Shown here in pieces: positions 1-11,200 of a stretch of DNA of 35,075 nucleotides. Position 1 is the stretch's first letter. Each line of letters starts with the position of its first letter. Origin of the DNA: Catajapyx aquilonaris (lineage: Eukaryota). The translations under genes and the position numbers were made by a program. The stretch is from the NCBI GenBank assembly GCA_000934665.2, contig KZ538010.1:124001-159075 (forward strand). Direction: 5' to 3'. A model generated the notes under the pieces. That model ran no database searches and was not told where the DNA came from. It saw only the letters and a program-made list of their open reading frames with translations.

Positions 1-45
1 AAGGGTTGCTTCAAGACTAGGATTTCCGCCTAAAAATACGGCAGG

Positions 46-59
46 GTGTGTGTGTGTGT
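46..59. repeat. (GT)7 microsatellite
   Basis: Direct reading. Confidence 0.8.
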
Positions 60-1241
60 ACCGGCGTCTGGACGAGTGCCATCCGTTTGTCCGTGGGAAC
101 AACACCAGAAGTGGGACAGACCATGAGTGGGACGGAACATGGCGCGCTGAGCATGGAGTTTGGTACGTGGCCAGTAGAGGGCAGGGGTGAGGTAAGGGGA
201 CAGGCATCGGGGGGTTGGCGGGGGACACCACTCGATGATCCTGCCCGCGAGTGGAGGAAGGAACGGCGCGGTGGAGAAGGATTCGGGTCGCCGCCTCTCC
301 TGATCGGACTCCCAACACATCGACCCATCAGGCCAACAGTGTGGAGCAGGGCTGTGTACACTCCGGACACTGTGCGTGTGACTGGGCCTACCTGGGCCAT
401 TAACCAACGGGGGGGCTCAGGGAAGCTGACGACCCAGGGCCGGCCCCGGGGCCAACCACCAGGACGGAGCGCTTTCATGGAACAAATAGACACGTAGCTG
501 ATAGAGAAAAAAGTGCGTAAGTGATAGTGGGTGATTACAGGTTATCTCAGGTATGGCTGAAGACTGCAAATCTTGGCTCTGCACATTCGCATGGGGTAAT
601 ATTACTTGGACTCAAATAGGATGGCGTTCAAGGTTGGGTGACAGTTTGAGACGCCTCCTTTTAAAATTATCGCTGGAAGATCTGCAGAGTGTCCGGAAGG
701 ATAAGTGTGTCGGCGGATTCTTACCTGGTGCAGGGATATAACGTTGAGGGGGGGAGTGTGTACACAAACTTTATCAGGGGGGATGAGATTCCATTCGCCT
801 GCGTAGTTTCAGGCACTTCTCTCTACAGGCTAATTGGGACAGGGACCTTGATAAGTATTGTTGTGTGTAGCACCCAATTAGTGGACACTCCAGGGCAATG
901 AACATTTATTGGCACATGTGAATCACGATGTAACGCAAATTGTGCATGCGGGCTGTTGAATAATGTTTACTGTTGCTATCGATTCATACAGATAAAAGGT
1001 ATTTGCAATTGTGACGCAGATATACGAAATCAACAGTTTGTACCAGCCTTGGACTTTCAGGGTGGTTTGTGGGAGCGTGTAAATCACGGGTTTCTAATAA
1101 TTGCTAGCCCTAAAAAGTTATAGCAGCTTTAAAACTATGGGAAAATGCGTTTCGGACGAAGAGCCACTGTAATATTGCTAATGACTAATGACCTAACCAA
1201 AACAAATTTTTTCCTTCTGTTTCTAGAAAGTATTTGGCAAA

Positions 1242-2261
1242 ATGTTCAACTTTATGAAGAAAGACAAATCAGAGAAGGAGAAGGAGGAGAAAGAGCGTAA
1301 GAAGAAAGAACGTAAGGAAGGCAAGAAAGCAAAGGAGCGTGAACGACTGAGTGCAGAGGAGCTGCACCGCCTGGATGAAGTTCGGCGCAGCCTCAAAATT
1401 CGCAGCCGCCGCAAGGAAAAGGAGAAGCTACCTTCCGGTATCATAGCGGACTATAGTGCTAATTTTACATCTGCATTCAGTCCTTGTGACGCTCTGAGCA
1501 GCAGTGGCAGTGGGAGTAGTGGAATGGAGGAGTACCGTAACGGCAATGGGGCTGTCAAGACTCGTCCGCCAGTTCCTCCAAAGCCTCCTCAGCGTGGGAT
1601 ACTCAAAGGAAAGACAGGTGATGTGTATTACCAAGGAGTGAGTGGGGGGGTGGATGATGTTGGCAGTCTGGTGCGAAACACTCTTCAGAACGAGGTCATA
1701 GCTGCGGATGGCTCATACACTTATGACCTGCTACCAACCCCACGTCGACTGGGGTCGCCACCAGGCAGCCCATCCTCCAGACGAGACAATGGCCTTGCGC
1801 CACCTGTGTCACCAACATTCCCAACGAGTGCATCCAGCTCAAGTCTGACCCCTAGTTTTGCAACACCTCCAATGTCACCCACCCCAGCTGGTGAGAGCCC
1901 AGGATTCCCTTTTCTGCATCACTTCCATGCACACAACCCAGGATTGGACTTGGACTTGAGTTTACCTCCTCTGATACCAATTCAACCGCCCCTGCCAGCA
2001 GTTTTAAGCATTCCAAGACAGCCCACAGGTGACTTTGGCTTCTCGCTCAGGAGGGCATTGCTAGGATCGGGAGTGAGTAGTGCAGTGGGGAGGAGAAATG
2101 TGATGATTTTTGCAGAGCCCAGTGCACTAGGAAAGGCAAACAAGACAGGATTGTTGCCTGGGGACAGGCTTGTGGAAGTGAATGGAGTGAATGTAGAGGA
2201 CCGAACCAGGGAGGACATCATTGAGATGATCAGGGCCTCAGGTGACAGCGTCACACTCAAG
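1242..2261 (+). CDS. MYO18A: Myosin-XVIII coding exon 1 (KE-rich region, Pro/Ser-rich linker, PDZ)
   Basis: Acceptor ttccttctgtttctAG at 1225-1226 implies an upstream non-coding exon. ATG at 1242, donor AAG|GTATAG at 2262, phase 0. Confidence 0.93.
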
Positions 2262-5200
2262 GTATAGTACATATTTGATATTAGGATGTACAAGAAAGTG
2301 TGTATGTTTGTACTTTCGTTACCCTACCTACCAGGGTTGCTCGCCAGGTGATTAATTGCAATTTGATTATGCTATCATGAATTTTGCAACTAACATAATT
2401 ATGATCTGAAAACTGATGATATGTTATTATTCTGCTCTGCTGACATGTGAAGCGCTCGTTTAATTTTGTGTTTAAATATTTAGCAGAAAATGAAACGCCA
2501 ATTACATGGAAATAATTCCAGGTGACTCAGGCAATTAAATCCTTGCTATTTACTAAACAAGGTATGCAAAATGTTAATATTGTTAATTAATATTGTTAAA
2601 TAAGCTCCTGAAATACCTGAACAGCCAACATATTGTTCACATGGACAGAAATTGATACTCAAAGTGGTACAATGTGAGATTTGTATGCTAATATATTCCT
2701 GTCAGAACCAGATGTGCATTTGCAGAATTTACTACGATGTAGAACATAACGAACACTGCACCTGCATTGCACTAGCCTTAGGTGTCAAAATTTGCTGCTC
2801 TTATCCTCAACATGAAGTGGAATTGCAGAAAAATTATCAGTGATTTTGACACATTATATTGGCCTTTGATCATTTGTTATCGGCACTGACAAGAAGAGTT
2901 GGGCCAGCCAGTGCTAAGCAGGGTGAAAGGCAAGGTTATTTATGAAGCGGTTGTTGAAATTAATGACTTTTTCTTTCTGTGAACTGACCAGTAACCACTT
3001 TCAGGAAACACATAACCTTTTCCACAAGAGTAATATTAAGCCATTACTTATGTAACAAGGGGTTAGTTATAATTTTATGACATGGCCATTAACCTGTGCA
3101 TGTGGTTTGGGATTGCAATATGGCCTGATTTATTGCAATATGTTGTATGGCTATTGTTTTAGCAAAAATAATATCTTAATGGATATTGATTAGTTCATGA
3201 CTGCAGTTTATAAAAACAAAACAAAAATCCAAGGCGCTTTAACATGATCAATTACTGTACATGCATTAAATCTGATACATTTTTCGCTTAGTAACATTTT
3301 TCATCATGTTTTGCGACTGCAGAAATGCAAATTAGTTTGTGATTTCTAAGAATAAGAGCAGTGATGAGAAATGTGCTTATATCATTTTACAAAGCATGAG
3401 GTAATACAACCAAGCTTCAACTTCACCCACATACTTGGCAAGTGCCACTGAAGAAAATCAGGATACACTTGCACACTTTAAAAGTAAGCGATATAAGTGC
3501 AGCCAAGTGGTCAAGCAGCTCAAGATGTTCTTGTTAATGTAGCACATGCAACTCGTACAATAAGCTTGATGGAGGGACACTGACGTCACTAGGAAGCACA
3601 CCGCACTGTGACTTGCAATATGCCCCGAAGGGTTTTTTTTGTGGCAAGTCCAGCGTTGATAGGGAATTCTTTGGGAGTGGCCTGGGGTTGGGAGCAAGGG
3701 AACTTCCTTCCCCGTGAGAGGCCAACTCATTCCTCTCATGCCACAATTTTCTTCAGGAAGGAAAAAGGAAGCCACCTCTTGTTCCAACCTGGCTCATTTC
3801 CGAAAGGACTGGATTTTTTTTGTGGCTAGCAGATATGCACTATGAACCACAACTTCCTTGTTTAGTTAGATCTTACCTTAAGCCAGTAATTATTACAGTG
3901 TTGTACATTCAGAGTCCTTCATTTATATCACCCTTTGTAAGGTAATTGTGAGTAGCAATACAATACCATATGATGTCATTTATATTGCTACTGCATTTAG
4001 CAGGAATAATTTCCTATTGGGTGATTCCCAACCTGATATATATGTAGCAGCATTTTGGATCATCCTTTCCATTTATAATCGAGGGCAATGAAGGCACTGT
4101 TGTAGCTAGCGGGATTAAAAATAAGAACTATTGGCCTGAAAATGTCGTGAAACCTCTCTCAGCAGAATAACTCTGTTTCACAAAGTTTTCTTTCTGAACA
4201 GGTTTCTGTCACATGTATTCCGTCAGGACCAAAGTTTTTTGTTTTCCCTGAAGTGGAGAAGTTTTTTCTGAATGCAGTGTCTGTTTCAGGCAGGTTTCAT
4301 TGGGAATTGCTGCTGGGCTTTACAGTATTAACTTTGATGTCACTTCTGCTTGCTTGCATGTGTTATATTCTGAAACTTTGACATGTCAATTTTTAAAACA
4401 TGAATTGGATGATGGTTGCAGGTACAACCACTTTTGGAACTCTCAGAATTGAACCGTCGATGTCAAGGAGACGCACGTCGCAGACGTCTTGAGTCAGACG
4501 AAGACTACGCTGAGGTTGATGCAGAACTCCGGGGAGGCACACTTCGCAGGAGTGGTTCCAGAAGATTTGCAAAGGCAGGGGTGAGTTTTTACACCTGCTT
4601 TCTGAACAACAGGAGTCCAATTTTGCTCCTGCATAGTACATGACACAAGATTTTGTGGGAGCTGCAACATTCCCTCTCATGTAACCCACCTGAATATTTA
4701 ATATTTGGAAGGCTGCGGAGTGCCAGCCACCTGTTTTTTTTTGTGGCAAAGTGGAAACAAGTGGTGTGAAATTTATCACATTCACAGTGGGCATCCTGTA
4801 TAAATGAATGCGTTTTGCCATTGTGATTTCTCTTCTTGTTCGTGAAGTCCACTCGAGGCATGTATTGGCTATTTGTTACACAGGAGGACAATCTATTATT
4901 TTTTATTCTAGGATTAAGCTTCTGGAATTAACGCTACATGAACTATTCAGATGGTATAGAAGTCGGGTTTTTCAAGCCTATAAAGCAGTCCACTGGCGTG
5001 CGCTGCGTAAGGGGTCCACGAATTCAGGTTTAGGAGCAAAGAAGATGAAATGTAAAGAGACCAGTGAACCTGGCAGGCGTAAATAATTTCGCATGTCAGG
5101 AAAACCTTTCATCTTGTCAGGTATAACATCATAATGGTGTCATGCGGCCTGTATGCAAATTAAAACAAGACCAGACCGAGACCTAGACTAACTGGTTGAC

Positions 5201-8200
5201 ATTTTTCACCGAGGATACAAGGCAGTCACTACAAGATTATTCCGCAGAGAAGGGGAACAAATCGTTTTGGTCTGTTTTTGTCAGGTCTGCCCAGGCTGTC
5301 ACAATGTTTGTGGAAATTAATTGCTGCTTTTGCTTCAGGCGGAAACTACTGGGATGAGAGTGCACTTAAAGTGAGGGCGCATTGCCTGAGCACATAATTG
5401 TTTCTAATGAAGGCTTTTTTTTACCAGGTTTTCACAAACCAGTATTTACTGCAACCGGCCCAATTTGTCACATTTCATTGCCGCAACACCTACTGCAATT
5501 CACAAGCAATGATTGGTGATGGTCAAACAGCGCTGCGAACGGTGGGCCTCGTGAGGTCCTGCAAGTGATATTGAATCTGTCAGCCGGTATTTACACTGGA
5601 ATCAAGCGGACTCCCAAAGCATTGCACCAAGTGCTATAGTACAGACGTGATGAGGGATTGAAGGAGGGTTGTAGGGAGAGAGAAATTATTTCTCCCCTGC
5701 TGCAGGGCTGGTGACTAGCTCTCGTGGGAAAAAGGATGTCTAGGGGTAGGGTGTGGGTGGGGTAGGGGAAACCAGAATGAATGGATGAATGGAAGGTTAG
5801 GAAGAAAATAAGGAAAAGATCGATGCCTTTTTGGGGGAAAAATCGGGAGATTGGAGAGGTTCTCCTTGGAAGGCCTGCAGGGTTTCGTGGGAGAGTTGAA
5901 CGTGGGCATGCAAGAAGTTGGGTGAAGGCCCAAGGCAAGGTGGTTAGAAACATTCCTGTGCCACTATTGCACCTTCTCTAACGTCAATCAAATGGGCTAG
6001 ATGAAAGGTCACACAGCGGGACTTTTGTACTATAAAATGACAAATCTGGCAATGTTCAATGGATTTGGGTGTCAATTTTTGAAACAATAGGGGGCAACAT
6101 TCTGATCTGAAAGCGCAATTTCCTGTTGGCTTCCTTGATATACAGTTAGATAGTGTTAGAAGCATGTCCGTACGTATTCGAAGGGGGGGAAAAAAAGACA
6201 GGAGTTTTTAACAAGGGTGTATATTCTTTACGTAATAGCCGTTTAGTGTCGGTCCGTTGAGTCAACCGTATCGTTAAAGTGCTTCCTTCATTTCTTTTGG
6301 CGGTCCCCCATCCCCGACAATGACGTCATCTGATGCGACTTCCTGGTGCTCTTTATTTCGTTGTCACCTTGGGGGGACGGTACGGTGCATTATGGGTGGT
6401 GCGAAGGAAATTTAATTAATTTGTGCTGGGGTCGGAGGGAGCGATAACACCGTTTGCTCGAAACAACACCGGAGCTATTTTCCGATGTAGAACGAATAAC
6501 GGGGATATTTTTAAGCTGTTATTGGCGCCTTCCGTGGAATGAGAATGCCATCACGTCCCTGCTAGTATCTAGCATAAAAACCAGATTTACATAGGGGAGG
6601 TTACAGGGCTTGGGGCTGTAATATAAGGGGATGGGAGTCGATAATTGGGTTAATTACACGGCTGGGTTTCAGGGTTGGCGGATATTATTTTTAAGATTTT
6701 CGTGTGCTCCGAATGAAAGTGTTTCGTGAAGGACGGACACGTAAATTGTTATTAGGAACATGCACTTATGTCGTAAAGGGTTGGTCGGCACACGGTATGT
6801 TGAGGTCATTCCTCTTGTATAATGAAGACATTTTGACCCGAATGTTTCGAATTTTTTTGTGGAAACAAAATGTAGCAGTGTACGTACGTTCGACATGGCA
6901 AGTCTGCAGTTTGAATTACGCATCGGGGAGGCGCAGTACGTGCCTTGCCTTCTCTTTAGACCGGCATTCAAAGCATGTAATTTGCACATCAAAAAAGCCA
7001 GGAGTGTTCCCTGCAGTGGAACATTTTCACGGAGATACCGACGTGGGAGTGAAAAATGACACACACGTGTGAAGTGACGTCATGGGTTATTTCACATATT
7101 GATGCGAATATGTTTTTTTTTTTGTATCAGGTGCGTATCTCTGAAGTAAAAGAGAGTGGCCATGGTGGGGACAATGATGGGACTGTTAACAGGAAGAGTG
7201 TACGTGGCAGAATGGGAGGGTGTTGGGTGGTTGGAAGGGGGCTTCCTAACCAGTTTCCCGGTTTCGCTTGGAATCCATTGTGAAACGGGATTTTTGCGAA
7301 TGATTACGCATTTTTGCATCTGCCAATGCAATAGGGAGGGATGAAAAGAACGTGAAATACCGTATTTTCGTATTTTTGATTTTTTTTTTGCAAATTTGAA
7401 ATACTGATCTGAATTCGCCGGCATTTTTCAGGTGGCGGTACAAAAAAAAATTATTTGGCGTGGTATGCAAATGATCTGGGCTGGAAGTATATGATTCAGC
7501 AGGCCCTTCTCGAGAGTTTCACGTTTCTTTCGCCAGCTGTTGTGACTCAATTGAGTTATTTAACCCCAGTCACGAAAGAAGGGCTGCCAACTGTTGCCAG
7601 TTTAGCCCTTGGTACTGGCGGACGATGCCCATTTGTCATGTTGTGTATTGATACATTATGGACCGTGTCGGCCTAGGATTGTGCCGCTTACCGAGTTGCA
7701 TGAGGCCCCTTCACTTCCTGTTTGGTAGGTTTCCCCCTGCACTTCAATAATCGTACCTCCCTCCCTTTTTTGCACGGAGAGGGTTGCAAGAGTGTGTGTC
7801 CGATAGAGGGCAGCTGAGGGAACAACAGGATGGTGTGTGTTGGGGATACTAGATGGAGTGAACGTGCATGTGCATGCCCACGGTCGAGGAGTGTTTTGTG
7901 TGCGTGTTTATACGTATAAAAATGCGAAGAAATTTCGTAAGTAAAATGGTGGTAATCCACCCCCCTAAAAGGGCTGTTCCTTCTAATGGGGTGAAGCTAT
8001 ATAAATAATATATACATATGACTCTGAAAAGGGGGCTCTATTTTCGTTGAAAGATACAGTAGCCTACTGTACATATACATGAATTGAAAATATAGCATGT
8101 AATGGTCTCAATTTTAAATGAGTAAAATATATTAATTTTTGAGCAAGATTTAATTAACAAACTTCATCCGATGCTATGTAACTGTAACTAACTAGGTAAA

Positions 8201-11200
8201 GTTGCTTTCAGTAGTTAATGAGAGTTGAAGTGCCCGTTCGATATGTAGTATTTGGTGAACAGTTATGGCCGCGCATTTAGGATAACCGTTCATACCAAGG
8301 TCAGCAATTTTTTTGCCCATTCATTTTTTTTTAGCGGGCGGTGTCACGATTACTGGGGTTGTACTAGTACCAACTGAATTCCGTACGTTGAGTGGGATTT
8401 ATGAATGGAAATGAATTTGTGAAATAATTACTGGACATTCCGATGAGGAGTCAGCATATCATAGCCTGAGGTGACTGACTGATGTCATAATATTGTGGGT
8501 TCAAGCTGGATTTAGTAGAATTTTGAGGTCATTGATGCTGCGTTCAGCTCGCATTGACTGCAGGCTTCCCCGTAACTCAGTTATACGAACTGGCGAGGAG
8601 TAAATATGATTTGTGTCACTATCGTGGATGCGGGGTGGTATTTGCATAAATCGACCTTTGAACCCCGTAACAGTCCCTCTGGTTGCCTGGGAGATCGAAT
8701 ATGCAAAACATAGCTTCGCATTTCCGAGCAGAGTTCCACATCGTCATAGCTCAGGACCATGGATGTGGTGGTATGAAGTTTTCTTACCCGTGTAGTAACA
8801 CTCCGGACAATTTGGCAAGCGCGCATGCGTGTCGTGCATGCGTAACATGTGTGTGAGAATTCCACCCATGCATGCATGGGAGCCGATATTTTTTTTTGCG
8901 TGTGTGCCTCAAAGTGCTAGAAATACACAGTGGTTACGAACCACTTGACCGCCTATGATCCCTGCGGAGTGAGATGTTTCGCACCCGTGTGCTACTTTGT
9001 CGGCGGTACTGTACCACCACACGTGCGGTTGACATATGTGTTGACGCACGTCGCTGGCGGCCAATCAACTTTTCACGGCGGCGAAATTAGCACTTGTGTC
9101 ACTGCTAAGCGGTTTGTACATAATGCAGTCACGGTCCATGATGCTTGAATCGTTGTGGAGGATGTGTATTGTAAGACAAATGCTACGGACTGCATAACAA
9201 TGATGTGTCGAGTAGATGAGAGTTTAATGAGGCATTATCGACACCATCTGTTGTTGACTGAGGGAACGAGGCGATGGGTACCGCCCGTATAGTACTGGGG
9301 GCGTCTTCTCATTGCAAGTTGGTATTACTTTCTAGTAACTCGTTATCCAACCGTTAGGGAACCCATTACGAATTGGTTATCGGTTAGGATGAACACTCCT
9401 TACATCATAGCGCGTTTCTCCCTTCCGGGCATTGACTGTTGCATCTGGGCCAGGGCTCATTGTATTCATCGGACCCCATGTATCGGTTAAGCACGTGCTA
9501 CATATCAGTCTTGTCATCAATGTATTTTGTTGATATTCATATAGTGTGCCTTAGCATCAGCCGCTTCAGGATCCAAAGCTGCAGCTGCATACCAGATGTC
9601 CCTCTTCTTGTGACTGAAGAGTCATTCGACTTGGTTGGGAACAGGGTACTCAAGAGCCTTCCATTGAAACCGTAACACAGAAGCGACTTTTTTTTATGAA
9701 AGGGGGCGAGGCAGCAGTGGGGGACATTGTTGCATCGAGAATATGGCGATTACTTGGTGTCTTCGTTGCTTAAAAATGTGCATATAGGCTCACGTTTATT
9801 TTCTTGGGCTCTTCATGGCCACTTGTAATAACACTTGTGAGATTAGAGAATCCCTGCATTCCTCGCACAAGGTTATAAGCTAATATTGCGTCACGCCTAC
9901 TTATACATAAATTACAGCATTTTGAAAGCGGCTCTGGGCTCTTGCTTTCTCGGTACAACCCTTGCCCATTTCCAGAAGGAAATGCTTGCAGTGCTGCAGG
10001 ATATAAAATTTGCATCTTACATAAATAACCGTCCCGCGGCAATCGTACCAGAACAGAACATTACGCATAATCACAGGCAATTTGCTTCCACAAAACGACA
10101 AAAGCCTGAGAAATAGTTAGCGCTCCGTGGTCATGGCCCGTTGTTCCTTCCCAAGTGACCGTTGAAGCAGTTGGCAGGTGTTTGTCCATGAATGCAGGTA
10201 TCGGGCAAAAACCCGCCAGGCCAGAGGAGGCAGGAGGAGGGTGCCGTAAGCCCTGGGTATTTCCTTTTTTTATGCCATCCACCTGGGAAGGTGAGCAAGG
10301 GGATGGTGGGGGGCGTGGGGGTGTTTTTTAACAGAAAGGAAAAGGGGTCGCAGAAGCCGATTGGCCGGTTTTGGGGTGTGTAGGAAGGTGTCCCGAAGAG
10401 TCTGGCAGTGCTTTTTCGCGCGAGTTGTACTCCAGTGTGTACGCTGTACGTTCGCAAAATTTGCATAAGCGGATTACAAGAGAAAAGTATCGATCCGGGG
10501 GCCATGTTCTGCTACCGGTATTCCGTGGGGAAGAGTAGTGGCCGGGCGTTCCACCTGCGAATCCCATTGCCATTGCGGATCCTCCTGAGAGGCAAGAAGC
10601 CACCGTACGAGAGTCTGGAGCCGCAGCGTTCGTCGTTCTGGCCGTTGCGACGACGGTACCAGCGATTCTGATTTGACAGCTATTAATACCGATCAGGCTG
10701 GCGATCAAGGTGAGCTGGACGTCTGGTTGGCCCTTAGGGAGAGAAATGGTGGTGGTAGTTAAGCGGTGGTATCGAGCGGGGTTCCCATAGATGTCTCGGT
10801 GGATGCCTCCGCGTGCGTACCATACTTTCAGGATTCCCAGGGACCAAGGTGGTATTGGGTTCGATGCCCCGAAGCCGCGTGAGAATGCCATGGAGGGGAA
10901 TGGCAATGGCATTTGGAAGCGGTGATTCCACCTGGTGGACTTGAGTATGTAGCTTCTCGGTGCGAATACCGTTATGCCGTACGCATTGGCTGCAGTAAAT
11001 GTGTTGAGTAGGACTTAACGTTAGGGCGCCGATGGATCGTAAACATGGGGGTTACGACCGTTTCGGATGTCGTCTTGCTGATCTTATGAGAGAGGGGGAA
11101 GGGACAATATAGCTGAAGGCCTGTGGCTTGAGAGATAACAGGTTTTTCATTATACAAATGTGTATTGGGCAAAGTATTATCGCTTACCCACCCAAGACAG

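Noticed and set aside
17..497. Overlapping GC-rich ORFs on both strands (149-158 aa)
   Set aside because: No recognisable domain and composition-driven openness. More likely the 5' UTR or promoter region of myosin-18 (candidate donor CAG|GTATGG at 551), which I cannot confirm.
10328..10912. 194-aa minus-strand ORF in intron 2
   Set aside because: No homology or splice support; explained by high GC content
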